From NCBI GenBank assembly GCA_029953675.1, contig JAMWBK010000004.1, positions 2,108,001 through 2,172,000 of the forward strand: a stretch of 64,000 bases of DNA. Reading direction: 5' to 3'. The notes beneath the pieces are model-generated. The model was not told the origin of the DNA. It worked only from the letters and a program-made list of their open reading frames with translations, and searched no databases. Origin of the DNA: Rhodosorus marinus CCMP1338 (lineage: Eukaryota; Plantae; Rhodophyta). Shown piece by piece: positions 49,571-62,306 of the stretch (position 1 is the first letter of the stretch; each line of letters opens with the position of its first letter). Both the position numbers and the translations under genes were made by a program.

Positions 49571-50694
49571 TTAGTTGCTGCTGTTCGATGAGTTATCTGT
49601 GTAGCTGTCCGAGGAGCCGGAGGATCCATCCCCGGAACTGCTACCGCTGGCTCCGCTCGACGAATTAGATGAGGACGCGTTGTCTTTCGCAGAAGTCAGT
49701 TTCCTATTAGTCGGCTTGCTTCCAGTGCGTCTTCCTCCGCTGACTAGTATCCTCGGGACGTTTCCGCTCGTGGGTATGCTCTTTTCGGCAATCTGGCCGG
49801 TCTCCTGGCGACTGGACTCAGCTTCCTCCTCGCTCCAATTTACTTCTGCCCTTCGCTCATCCGTACGCGGTGCTAATCCCTTTCCGGCCAAAACTCCGCC
49901 CGTGTTCTCTTCCTCTTCAACTTCCAGAGTTTCCCACTCGTCTGGTGAGGAGTCGCTTTCGGCAGCCGATTCCTTTGCCGGAATGGGAGATGGTTTGGGA
50001 GGTGACTCCGACCTCGCCGGCGAAGTCTCCGGTTTCTCCGGTGATGACGGTGTGGCTACACTCGGCGATTTCCCAGCTGGGGAAAATGGCTTTGGCGGGG
50101 CCGTGTTCCGAGAAAAGTAGTCGTGGTTTATGTATCGCGGCTCCTCGGTCTTGAGTCTTGATTGATCTTTCGCAGGTTTCTGCACGTCGACAAGAGGAGA
50201 GTAGATGTTCATGATCAGTACAAGCCAAGAAGAAATATACGTGGGTTGCGCTTCATACCGCTATGCCCTGTTGTCCACTAGCGCTGTCTTGCTTCACATT
50301 GAACATGTGACTGGAGGCCTTTTCCAGTCTAAATTGATCGCCTTCGAAAACCAGGATATACTCGCGGTTAGGTGGTTGTATATTCCCGCTCAGCTTGACC
50401 GAGTTTCCCTCCGCAGATTGGTATTCGAGACTTCCTCTAGAAGCGCTGAAACTGACTTCCCCAGTCGTCGACTCATCAATACCAGGTGGCTTCTTGTCGT
50501 CTACGGCGGAAAGAAGTGAAGCAGAATCACGTTCAGCAGTAGTCACTAACAATAATTGCGAAGGCACGATCCATACATTTGACAGTGAAGAACTTTTTCT
50601 GTTCATCGCCTCGTGAATTGACGCTATTGCCAATCCGAACCTTGTACCTCTTACTCTGGGGTAATCGGTCCTCTGGAGGCCGATCCACGCTCAT
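49571..50694 (-). CDS. EAF: ELL-associated factor (EAF1/2-like) with Ser-rich disordered tail
   Basis: Spliced YKVRIGNSV...FFTVK|YDKKPPGID...LSGNIQPPNREYILVFEGDQFRLEK matches the EAF N-terminal domain. The C-terminal exon is S/P/E-rich. Confidence 0.78.
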
Positions 50695-50699
50695 CGTTC

Positions 50700-52230
50700 T
50701 CCAGGAATCTTGAGCGGCCCGCAAGAACGCTCACCCACAAGTCCCCACCAAAACAAGACAAAAATCAAAACACCATCCAAAAAGAACCGGATTGGAAAGA
50801 ATCCACTTCAAACCGCGAGGAAAAAACACATCCAACCCGGTCACCCCGTTTTGAGAAACAACAGCCCAAAAACACCTTTGAGAGAAAACACGAAACGAAC
50901 AAAAAAAACCAGGCCCTCTTCAAGTTTTCCCTCTCCCCGTCGTCCTAAAAAAAAGAATCAACGCGCCCGTTGCCAAAAGAAACCTAGTCCCATCACCCAC
51001 CTCCCTCCCCAAACTGGCTCCAACCCTAATCCTCTTTCCAACAAGCCGAACACACACGATCACTCGTACAATCAGCGCCTTTTTTTCTCCCAGTCCACAT
51101 CCACTAAAGCCAGACCCTCTTTCGAGAAAACTACCCCTCAAACTCCCTTCCCTCAATCCAACCCCTTCCTCCCCCGTACCCCCGCCCCGCAAAACCTCCG
51201 CTCTCACACAACACATGAACTTTCTACATATACTCAAATCTCCAATACGCTCTTCCTCCCTCCACCGAAAAGAGGTTTTCTCATCATCAGAGATTTTCCT
51301 TTCTTCTTAATGCTAAAAATGTCCCCCCTTGTTTTTCTGCTTGTTTACTTCCCTTTCACCCAAAATTGAAAAATTCACCCTCTTCAATACGTAAATGACT
51401 ACTAAACCAACCCGTGTCCTACCTCAAGACCGACATTGCCCCCCTGAAAACCCAGCACACTCAAATCTTTTTTTAATTTTTTTTTCAAATCGACCAAACT
51501 CAATAACCAAGATCATTCATTGGATGATTGTCTCGCTATAAAGAATTACTACAAGATATTTGGTATTGAATAAATCTAATTTAAAGAGCATAATTATCAT
51601 TAATTTCGATTATTTAGTATGTAATAGATGTTTAAACGTCATATCTCAATCAATATAAGATAGTTATTATGAAACTTTAGGCGTTAAGTATTGGTGGATT
51701 TGGTTTATTTTGAATGAAAAGTGGTGGTGACGGATAAATGGAAGAAAAATTAATTTTGATATACTTGAAAATGGGATTTGGTGGGTTTTGGGGGGTTCGC
51801 TTTGTTATGGAGGGCCTCGATGGACTTGGGGGGCCCGGAGTCCAATGGCTTTGGAGCGGCTTTGTGTCGGGTTCGGCAGCTTGGAAGTGAGGTTGCTGAA
51901 ACTTATGACGTCTCTCAGAGACGATTTCATTGTATGTTAAAAAACAACCGCTCTCATTCTCACATAGCCCCGTCCGGACTGGTGGTGCTTCCATTGGTTG
52001 CGTTGAGTTCTTGGACGATTTGGTCGAGGGATTTTGTATATCTTGGGGAGCATTTCGGGGAGCGGGTGGTGTGACGCGTAGCCTTCGTTTTGGTTGTAGT
52101 GGAAGTTCTAGATTGTAGCTTTGGATAGAGGTAGATATAGCCTGAGACCTTTGTTCGTAATTGCGTCGGTTTGGATTGGACCTTTGAAGGGGTAGATCCG
52201 AGGAAACAAGCGACAAGGTGTGGTATCTTG
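50700..52230. promoter_or_regulatory. Divergent promoter region (C/A-rich, AT-rich core, G/T-rich); clearest example of a recurring pattern
   Basis: Composition switches visibly at about 51450 and 51700 between the EAF (-) and aminopeptidase (+) starts. Confidence 0.6.
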
Positions 52231-52233
52231 AGA

Positions 52234-54185
52234 ATGGCGTCAGTAGAGTTTACAACAGATCTGGAACAAATCAGATCGGCTTCCAACGTCGTTTTGGTTG
52301 GATCGAAGATTGGGCTGCTCAGCAAAAATGCTATGGATCTTCTACCGAGTGGAGTCTCGCACGATTTGTGGCGGGTTCTGATAGAGCAGGCGAATCCGTC
52401 TACAACAGGTAAAGTGTCCAAAACGCTTTGCGGATGTAGGCATTGCGATGATTTTGCTCACAAGTGGATTGTTACACTCGGTTGTTCGCAGCTGTGAGGG
52501 TGCCCCTGAACTTTTTGGAGGAAGGAAAGCTGGTATCTGTTTCAGGGATGGTAACACCGGCCCGAGCCTCAACATCGAGGCATAATCATGCGTACTCACC
52601 ACACAGCATCGCGGTAGGTTTCCACTGCTCTTATAGTGACTTCATTGGTCCGGGTTTCCTTACCGTTTCTGCGGTCTTAGGCATTGCTTCCCTCAGTGGG
52701 CTGGAGCTGCAATACACTTACGATCGCCGTTGTCGTAGAAGAAACAGCGGACGCTTTTGGCGCAGGATGTGCAGTATCAAGAGCGTTCCCGCTTTTCAAT
52801 GAGAAAACTAGGGGAGCGGACATGTCCGAGAACAATGTTGTCGTCGCATTGGTCCATGCGGGTGATGGGAGTGCTGAATTGGTGAAGATTACGCAGACTC
52901 TGTCTGTCACCTCCGAGTGCATCCGTCACACTCAGAGATTGGTGGATTCGCCTCCGAACAAGTTGACTGCTGATACCTACGTGAAGTAAGACATCCGTTC
53001 GCATCCGCTCGACACAGGGGATTCACACGTGATCGCGGGCTCAATAGGAATTTGTTGACGCCGCTGACAATGGTCGCCTTCGGGTTTGAACAGGGAATGC
53101 CTTGAAGTCGCAGCTGAGCTGAAGGGAAATGGAGTAGAGTCTAAAGTCTTCCGAATGAAGGAGCTCCAGGAGAACGGCATGGGTTGTCTAGAGGGAGTCG
53201 GTCGAGCATCCATAGAACACAGTGGAGAACCCGCCATGGTAATTTTGAGCAGAAGAGCACCAAATTCTTCAAGCACGGAAGCAGCGAGAACAGTCACTTT
53301 TGTCGGAAAAGGAATCGTCTTCGATACTGGCGGCCTATCGTTGAAGCCAAAAGAGGGAATGTGTGAGATGAAGGTAAGTTCATCGACCGGTGACCGAGCA
53401 CCTGTGAGAGGCCAGTTTTTCACACGTTCTCTGTTCTTTTGTCAGATGGATATGGGTGGCTCAGCCGCTTGCTTGTATGCGTTTCGCGCAGCGGTGCTGT
53501 TGAATTATCCCGGGAACATCAATGTAGTCATGTGCATAGCGGAAAATGGAATCGGACCTACGGCGCTAAAACCGGACGACATCATCACGTCGTACTCGGG
53601 GAAGACAATTGAGATCAACAACCCAGATGCGGAAGGTAGGGCGCATCTGCCATCTGTTGCTGTTCTTGCGTCGTTTGAAACGGGCGAAGTTTGAAAGAAC
53701 CCTCAAGCGCAAGGCTTTTTTTCCCCATCCCGTGATCCGAAGGACGTTTGGTTTTAGCGGACGGTGTGTCTTACGCGGCACGGGACCTGAAATCCGGAGT
53801 CATCGTTGACATGGCAACGCTGACCGGCGCCCAGATGGTTGCAACTGGACAACGCCATGGGGCAGTGATTAGCAACGACCGGGAAACTGAAAACAAGCTT
53901 TTTACTGCCGGCTTGCAGTCCGGGGACCTTACTTGGCCTTTGCCATACTGTCCAGAATTTTTCCGTGCAGAGTTCGTTTCGAGAGTGGCAGATATGAAAA
54001 ACAGCGTCGCCAATCGCGCTAATGCACAGCCTAGCTGTGCAGCTCAGTTCATCGCAGACCACCTGCCTGCAGACTATCAAGGCTCGTGGGCTCATATTGA
54101 TATGGCGGGGGCGGCGATGAAAGATGGGAGATCTACAGGTTATGGCGTAGCGCTCCTTGTACAGTATTTAAGCCTCGGCGTATGA
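52234..54185 (+). CDS. M17 leucyl aminopeptidase, NPEPL1-like
   Basis: FVGKGIVFDTGGLSLK, MK|MDMGGSAA, EINNPDAEG|RMVLADG, DMATLTGAQ, MKNSVANRANAQPSCAAQFI, HIDMAG, RSTGYGVALL. Confidence 0.93.
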
Positions 54186-56602
54186 AATCAAATACGCAGA
54201 TGTGGCTTAAGCAAACTGTGTATTGACCGTGGTCCGCGGAGCCGACCAGCGAAACTGAGCCACAAGTCGATGAAGCCGTTAAACAGAGGAAAGCTGTTGT
54301 CAACTCACTCAAAACTCCGCAATCCGTCAGAACGTCTCGTCCAGGGCCTAGGAAGATTATTCTTTATCATTGCGTTTCCAGACTTTTTGCGTTGAAGTGA
54401 CCGATGCGCCGACCGCAGTTTTACTCAATCGTAATCGTCAAAACTCTGGAACAAGAATGTTTGTCCTCGAACAACATCAGCTGCTCTGGTGGATCGTAGC
54501 TTCTGATCGGCGTTTAGCAGCATCCCTCGAGACAATGAGACGCTGAATCAACAGTTGGTACATCAGTCCTTTCGATAACCGAATTCTTAATGAACAGTCT
54601 GGACCTCTCCGTCGTTGACACGAATCACTAACATCCTATTGCTTTGATCCACTGTGCTGGATCCCAAACCCCAACCCCATTCGAACCAGCCCCGTGAGCA
54701 GAAAGGACCCGTGCATTTTCGATCTGCGCTCGAATCCCGAAAACCCACTGTACAAACCTGAGCTAAACGAACCTTAATCAATTACAGTCTAGACTAATTT
54801 AAGAAGCCTTTCTAGATATTCTCTAGAAGAACAAATTTATTTCAAAATAGTATACGGTGCACCCAAAATAGACTTGGTATGATTCAGATAAAGAACACGT
54901 CCCATGGAATAAAAAACCTGTCCTAATTAAGATAGTTTTCAAAAGGAAATAGTATTGAATAACTCTCTTTCCAGGTATTTTAGTTTATGATTCTATGATG
55001 GTACTATAAAATAGAACCCCAAAAACCTGTTGATAGAACTCTAACTGGAATCTCACGCTGTAAGATATGGTAACCGGCATCATTTGAACTAATGTTCAAG
55101 CCCCAAGTCAAAGTCAAAGAATCTGATCAAAAACCTCAGCCCCTATACGTGTTGTTACACGGACAATTATTACCATAAGGTAGAAGTTTAATCGACGTAT
55201 TGTGAAAAAAATAAAATGAAGTACCCCTTAACGGCGCGAACGATGCTCAAAGGGGGTTGGGGGGCTAGAATATAAGACTGGTAAATAACGCTTTAAACTG
55301 AAATAAATATTAGTTCACAGATGGGTGGGTCTAAGTTCCTAGAAAAACAAATATGTACTTCAGAAAGGAGATTTTGTTCATATTTAAGAAGGAAGGGGGG
55401 GGAAGGAGGAAAGCAGGTATGGGAAAAGAAAAGGGACTACCAGCATTTATTTTTCATCAAGGGACAGAGCCAATTTTTTTTCTGGAAAGAGAAAAAGTTA
55501 AATATATTTTTGAAGGTGGCTTTAAAAAACAACATTTTGCGGCCAAAAGTTTTGGCGAATATTATATATGAAGTTTAGTCGACCAAATTTATTCTTCCCT
55601 GATTTTATACTTTTTTTTGTTCTTCTTTTTGTGGATTTCTGAAGGTGACAGGCAGGGTTTTTGGGAAGGTGAAGGAGCTTTGGGTGGAGGAGGGAAGAAT
55701 TGAGAGGGACGACTTAGTAAACAAGTCGTTCACAGCGTTCGTGTATGAGAGAGAGAGACCCGGGTTCGGATGGGGGTAGGGGGGTGGGGGGAGGGGGAAG
55801 GGGGAAATTGTTTAAATGGCCGTCCCGCCAGTATTTACAACAGGAATGAAAGTATGGAAAAAAGACAGTGGGAAGTAGTAGTGGATTAACGAAGCAAAGT
55901 GTGAAGGGTTGTGTTTGAGTTGTCAGTTGGGAGTCTGGTTGCTGGAGGGATGGGTTTTGACTTGTGGCAAGTGCTCGGGTGTATCTGTATGACAACAGGG
56001 TTTGCTTGGTTGTTTTCTGGGTAAGAGCTGGACGGAGGGGGCGGGCTAGAAAAAGGCGACTTCCAGAGCGTTTGTGCAGGTTTTAAATTTGTTTCTCGAG
56101 AAGCAGGAGTGGGGAGGGTGGACTGGGTGGTTTCGCCTGTTTTCGCTTTTATGTCTGTGAAGACTAGGCGACAAGTGCTTTTGGGCTTGGTTCGAGTATG
56201 AATGTAGATGATATATGGGGAAGCACTTCCTCAGTAGCATCGGGTGCGGGTGAGTCCCTGCCCACCAAGTGCGTGTGTTGGCATGTATGTTCTTGTGCTC
56301 AGTTGAACGCAATAGATTTGATTTGTTTTTGTAGAAAATACACATCACGCTTACGAAAAATCCGCTTGCCAGTCATTTGCACTGACTACCAAGGAAGTGG
56401 CTTCAGTGCGTTTCCATTTTTGTTTGGCTTGCCATTCGCAGAAAAAATACTGCTTTTCGGATTCATATACAAGAAAGCTTGATTTTACTTTGTTTTCCCG
56501 TACCTTGTCTCTCCAGAATCGTTGTGTCGGCTTACGACTGGGATGAAATGAAGAATCCGGCCTGACCTTTTTCCGTATCTTCCATCACTTTTTGCAGGAT
56601 CT

Positions 56603-58665
56603 ATGCCGTGGGTGGCCACACGCGCAAAGACGTCCAGATTCTTTGCTCAGCGTGATTCTGCTGAAGCTGCCGGGGGCTCGCAAGGGCGTGAACAGATTAA
56701 GCCTGAGGAAGCTATTCAGTCGGAACAAAACAAGCTTTCCCTACTGGGAAGGGAAATAGAAGGGACGAGCAGCAATGTTTGGAGTTCGGTTTTCGGTGAC
56801 GGGCAAAAAGGTACGGGAACCTCGGATCCATTCGGAAATCCACTGCCTGAGGATGAATCCCTGGCGTGGAAGACAAGTGGTATGAGTCTGTGGACCTCAC
56901 CTTTTGAGTCCAAGAGTGCTGAAGAAAGTGACGATGATGCGCGACACAGCAACACTGCGCCTCAAGGGCTAAACGTTGCTGCGACGGAGGGCAAGACTGC
57001 AACGACACCTCCAAAGAAAGCTGATTCAGGGCTTACTCAGTTCAGGATGACAACCAAGAACTTCTACTCTGAACAAAGCAAGGCTGTGCCGTTCACTCCC
57101 CAAAAGGAGAAACCGACGTTGATTGTTATGGAACGGGAGGTCGTATTTGCGCAAGAGGAAGCCTTCGACCCTGGACCTTTGGCTGAAGACGAGCCTGAGG
57201 TAGATGAGGACGTAGAGCCAGCAATTGAGCCGGATGCGTATATGAACGGCTTTAAGACCAACGTTCCCTGTAAATTTTTCTTGGAAGGTTTTTGCGCTAA
57301 TAGTGATTCTTGCAGATATCTGCACCATACGGATGAATCAGTTCAAGGTAGGCGTGAACTGCTCGTAGAGTGATCAAACTGCTTTGCTTGCAAACGTACA
57401 GAGCTAGGTCTTTTTTGAGTTTGCTGATCGAGGTTTGAGGAAACCAGGACTTCCCCCTACGGCAGTGTGGTTGAGCTTACCATTGACCTGTCGCAATTAG
57501 CTGCAAAAACTCCACTGGGAGCCTAAACGTGTTCCCTTGTGAACTGTGCAGGTTACACTCATCCTGTAGAGTACGACATCAATATTGCACATGTAAATGA
57601 GAGTGGAATCCTGCAACCCGATCCGGCTATGGAAGCTAGAAATGTTCTGCAACCTCTTTACCCCTCTGGGGTCAGTTCGTGGGATCCATCGGGGGAGCTT
57701 TGTTCTTTTCATGTGACAAATGATTGCAGATATGGCTCTACTTGCAGGTATATGATCAATCGCTATGATCTCTCAATTGTGTTCATAGCTGAATGTTGAA
57801 CCTCGTTTCCTAGGTACCTCCATGGCAACCAATGTTCGTACTGCCTGTCCAACGTGCTACATCCTGTGGACGAAGATAGAGCGGACGAGCATGTCCAAAA
57901 CTGTGCAGCTATGATGGGTATATCGCAAACCACGTCGACGGAGGCCCAGGAAAGCATCACTTGTGGTGAGTGTGACCTGTAATCAAATGGTCCAATGCTG
58001 AAACTCCGCCACTGAACAGGTGCTGCTGTGCGTCACGACTCCCAGGAATATGCATGAACCAGACGCGCGGTTTGGGTAGAAAGTTTGGCATGCTAATGAA
58101 CTGCACACATGCTTTTTGCCTTGAATGTATTCGTAAGTTTTGCCAAACGCGGCGTGCAAGGTAGACAGGAATGGAAAGCAATACTGAACCATAGCATTTT
58201 GCCTACAGGGGAGTATCGGGGGAACGACTTCAGTGGGAGAACCATACGAGCTTGTCCAATCTGTTACGTGGAGTCCGACCTTGTGCTACCCAGGTAATTC
58301 TTTTTAGGTCTCATCATCATACTGTTTCTTTTCTGGCTCGAAGACGCAAACTGAGGGCATATTGGTTTTGTCGCTCGTGCAGTTTTACATTCGTTCTGGA
58401 CCCACAGAAAAGGAAGGAGTTGTTTGCAGGACACACGGGTCGCTTATCGGAAATTCCATGTAAGCACTTCAGTTACGGAGAAGGAAACTGTCCTCTAGGT
58501 GCAGGTAAGCTCAAAGCGACCGACCAGATGCAATCCTAACCACTGCATTCTAACAAGAAGAATCTTTCTTTTTACGAATCGTCCGCCTATTCGGAAGATT
58601 GCTACTTTGCCCACGTTGACGCCAGGAAATTGAGAACTACACTAGTCTCTAGCGCGAAGAGATAG
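56603..58665 (+). CDS. MKRN: Makorin-type CCCH/RING E3 ubiquitin ligase
   Basis: CCCH fingers CKFFLEGFCANSDSCRYLH and CSFHVTNDCRYGSTCR; makorin Cys-His motif CSYC...EHVQNC; RING with KFGMLMNCTHAFCLECIR...CPIC; C-terminal PCKHFSYGEGNCPLGA|DCYFAH. Confidence 0.9.
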
Positions 58666-60549
58666 CGAATTTGTATGAACGCTTGCTCATATTCAACACG
58701 AAAACTACAAGGTTCGCTATTTGGGTACCCTATTAACCCTATTGTAAAACGATTATGACAAAATTGCTAGCCCAGCCGTAACCATGTTGTGGCCCCGAGG
58801 ACTCTCAGTGCACCACGAATAGAAGGCCCGCGAAGGTATCATCGCATGATCATCTTAAGTTGCTGCCTACAGACTTTGTATTACAATGCTCGTCGACAGG
58901 CCCAGTTTCACAGTTTGCCAAGAAACCCCGAAGCCGAATTCCTTCTACGGTTATCCGCGTCCACTATCCACATTCGTAATAACGTACAAAACTTCTGAAC
59001 ACGAAGTTTGCGAGTCTCAAATACAGGGTAGAAACCGCGGCAGAAGAAGCGTGGGTTTCGAGCAAGGGAGTTATCGACAAAGCAAAATTGTCGAGAAGAA
59101 TGGTGGTGCTCACTGTGGTGTCTTCTTTCCAAAGTTTCCCATGGTCTGCCCGAATTTTGAGCGTACCGGCAAACTATCTGGAATGGAGGGCTGTGGGTGT
59201 GGATGGGCTGTTCCAGGCGAATCTACTCAAGGCAATATTTGTGAAACCAAGAGTTCCAACTAGTGAGGGTTTCGATGAAACAGAATATCTGTTCTTGAGG
59301 TTTATGATACGAAAACGCGATGCACTGTTATCAAAACAAATGGCCCTCTCGTCCTTAGAACCATGTCCTAAACCCAACTACCCTAACCCACATCTTACTC
59401 CACCCCGGATCGATTACCTCATCTACGCATAGTGACACCGAACCGAAAACAATCATTCAGAATTGTTTTGAAATGACATTTCGAGCCAGGCCGAAAGTTG
59501 GAATTTTGCGGTTTTCACGAATGACGCGATTCGTGCTAGCTCAAGGCGTAATCTGAGCAAGTGCAAAGCATGCTGAGGCGGTGAGGCCACATCAGTTGTC
59601 ATCCTTCCTAATAGGACATGCGATTCCTTAACAACAGAAAAGAGGTCCCTCTGCGAATGGCAACGACAATTCGCCAAGGAGACTGATGCCCCAATGGTGC
59701 AACGCAGGTGGCGGACTTTGGCGCGACTGATCTGAGTGCTCGTCGAAGTGTGACTACATCGATCTTTCTATTGCTTGTTCACAGGTGACCAGGTTCGTTC
59801 GCTGCGTCCGTGGAGCTACCGCTCGGTCAACGCGGCAATTGAAAGAATCCCAGTTACGCTGAGGCGGCGCTAAAACGACTACCGCTTCGAGACTCTGCAT
59901 TGTCCTACCAGTTTCGTTTGCTCGGAGGATAGTGAAGGTTCTCGTTGGCTTCTTGCTCTCTTTCGAAGCGATCCAGGGCGCCTTGATAGCCTCCTCACTT
60001 AGCTGCCTTTTTTTACTCTCTGTCGTTCAAACGCTTTTGCTGTGGCACGCGTCCTGTTTCTTCGCTTCCAACAGTAGCTCCGCTCCGAATAAACAGAGGA
60101 TGAATGGACCAATTTCGTTCTACAAAATGAAAAGACAGCTGTCAACGTGGACTGGGAGCGTTGGTGGAGATGTAGATGGTCTCATTCGATAGTGTATACA
60201 TACAGCGCGCGTGAGTAGGTCTGGGGTTACGGGGAGAGAGGGGATGGAGGGAGAGGTAGGTGTGTGGTAGGAAAGGGAATGTGGAAGCGTGTGTTTTAAT
60301 TCTTATCCCTTGTTTTTGTTTGGATGAAAGTAAGGAAGTTTTAGTGAAATTTCTCTTAGCAGGTTTCTTTTTTTCGTTTTTCCCGGGTGGGAGAGGGGGT
60401 GGAGGGGGGGCGGTGTTTGCCGGTTTTCGAAGGAGCGAGCTTTTTTGCGGATAAGTCTTGTCGGAGGGTTTTCTGATGAGGATTTGGGACTGGTTTTTAG
60501 TTCGTAGCCTGACTATTTGGGACGAGCGAGGCGTGAGTTTACTATAGGT

Positions 60550-61839
60550 ATGGCCTTCGTAGGGTTAGGAGGGGGTTATAGCCCTGGAAGACGCGGGGTC
60601 AGGCACGTGATATGCGGTTCGGAGGCTGCTGATAACAATTTGGTTGAATTTCGGCAAAGCTTTGAGGGATTTAAGAGAATACCGGTAGATACAGATACGC
60701 TTAGGTTGATTCGGGAAGAAGTCTCAAAGATTCGCGATGAGGTCAAGGTTATTGTAGAAGTCCGGGACCCAAGAGTGCCGATGAGCTCCTACAGCACCAT
60801 GTTCAAGCAGTGGAGAAAGGAGCTGAAGACGGAGAGCATGGTTATTTACACGAAAGCGGAAATCGTACCAGAGGATCAGAAGGAACGTATTCGCGCTTTT
60901 ACGATGGATCAGATGGATATCCCGTACGAGCAAGTAAGTTCGCAGCTGGAAAGCTTCAGTCGTCGGCAATGTTTACTGACTGTGGAGTGCCTCACGTTAT
61001 TATAACTCCAGGTTTTTTTTGAGGATCTCAGACAGGTGCGCAAGCTTCGCACCCCAGACCGCCAGGAAATGGTTTCGAAAATGAAGCGGCTGGCGTTGCT
61101 GCAAGGGAAACCTACAATGAAGAGGGAGAGCTATAAAGTGATGGTAACCGGCGTGCCAAACTCTGGGAAGAGCAGTGTCGTTTACGTGAGTACTCGAACA
61201 TTGACAAAGAACCGAAAAAGACGCGGCTTGTACTCTCTCCCACCAGTGGGATTTCAGGTTGGAACGACCAAGGTCATTGGGCAGAACTGGTTAACGCTCA
61301 ACCCGGATGTGGTGCTCCTCGATACCCCGGGTGTCATCAGCAAGTCTCATACCGGAGCCGAGGACCCGGAGACGCCGTACAAACTCGCTGTTTGTCAGTG
61401 TATTAGTCTGACCAAGCTAAGCGAACAGACAGGCATTACATCAAAGGAGGTCGCCGATTATTTACTGTTCAAGCTAAATCAAGCTCAGGAACTCACGTAT
61501 ACTCGAATATATGATCTGATTCTTCCGACCGATGACATAGACGAAGTTCTCCAACGAGTGCCAGGCGCTACGGATGAACTGAAGGCGCTCAGGTTTTTGA
61601 GGGACTTCCAGCGAAACAAACTGGGATTTCTGGTCTTAGACGACATTCCTGAACTCGAAACAGACAGACCGGACAAAGAGGAAGTGGATGATTTCGTGGA
61701 CGAAGTAGAGAGGAAGTTCCAAGAGGTCAAACGAAGAACTCGACTTGAGAGGATGCGACAAAAGAGGCTCATGATGTGGAAGGATGAGCCGGAGGAGACC
61801 TCAATTGGGAGAAACCCACCATCCGACTTCAATTTCTAA
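60550..61839 (+). CDS. Circularly permuted ribosome-biogenesis GTPase (RbgA/YlqF/MTG1 family), probably plastid-targeted
   Basis: VIVEVRDPRVP, G1 GVPNSGKSS, G3 LLDTPGV, one intron, and an MAFVG N-terminus typical of red-algal transit peptides. Confidence 0.85.
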
Positions 61840-62022
61840 CTCTAGGCATGCAGAGGTGGTGAACTCGAAAAAAAGGGTCAAAATCTATGCTTTAACGAGT
61901 CTAATAAGATCTTGCGAGCTTTCAAATCATTAATTTTACTAGTGCGCCTGCAAGGCCCACTCCCCCAACTTTTAGGATAGGAAAGAAAATTAAATTACAT
62001 ACAGTGTCATTCGTGGAACGCC

Positions 62023-62060
62023 ACAGACAAAGTGCGGAGCTTAATCCGCACTTTGTCTGT
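62023..62060. other. Perfect 16-bp stem / 6-nt loop inverted repeat between convergent genes
   Basis: acagacaaagtgcgga-gcttaa-tccgcactttgtctgt. Confidence 0.97.
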
Positions 62061-62306
62061 CATTCAACGCTGTCCGGCACCTAGCCAGCAGTCCGGTTTA
62101 CGCGGATATGATACCAGCAAGCCGGAAGGTGCCAGAAGGCCCAGCGACCGCGAACGCAGCGCCCAGAGCGTAAACCTCTGCACGCAAAAACAGTCATAAG
62201 TGGCTACGTATTGTCGACATGTACCGTTCGTCTCTTCTCAGGGCGATGTTCTCTGGCGTCCTCGAGCAACGACCTTCGCGAGCACCTTATATTTAAACAA
62301 ATTCAT

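Noticed and set aside
62023-62084. Hairpin plus downstream CTAG as a Helitron 3' end
   Set aside because: CTAG is followed by C rather than T, the spacing is longer than typical, and no Rep/helicase remnant is seen.
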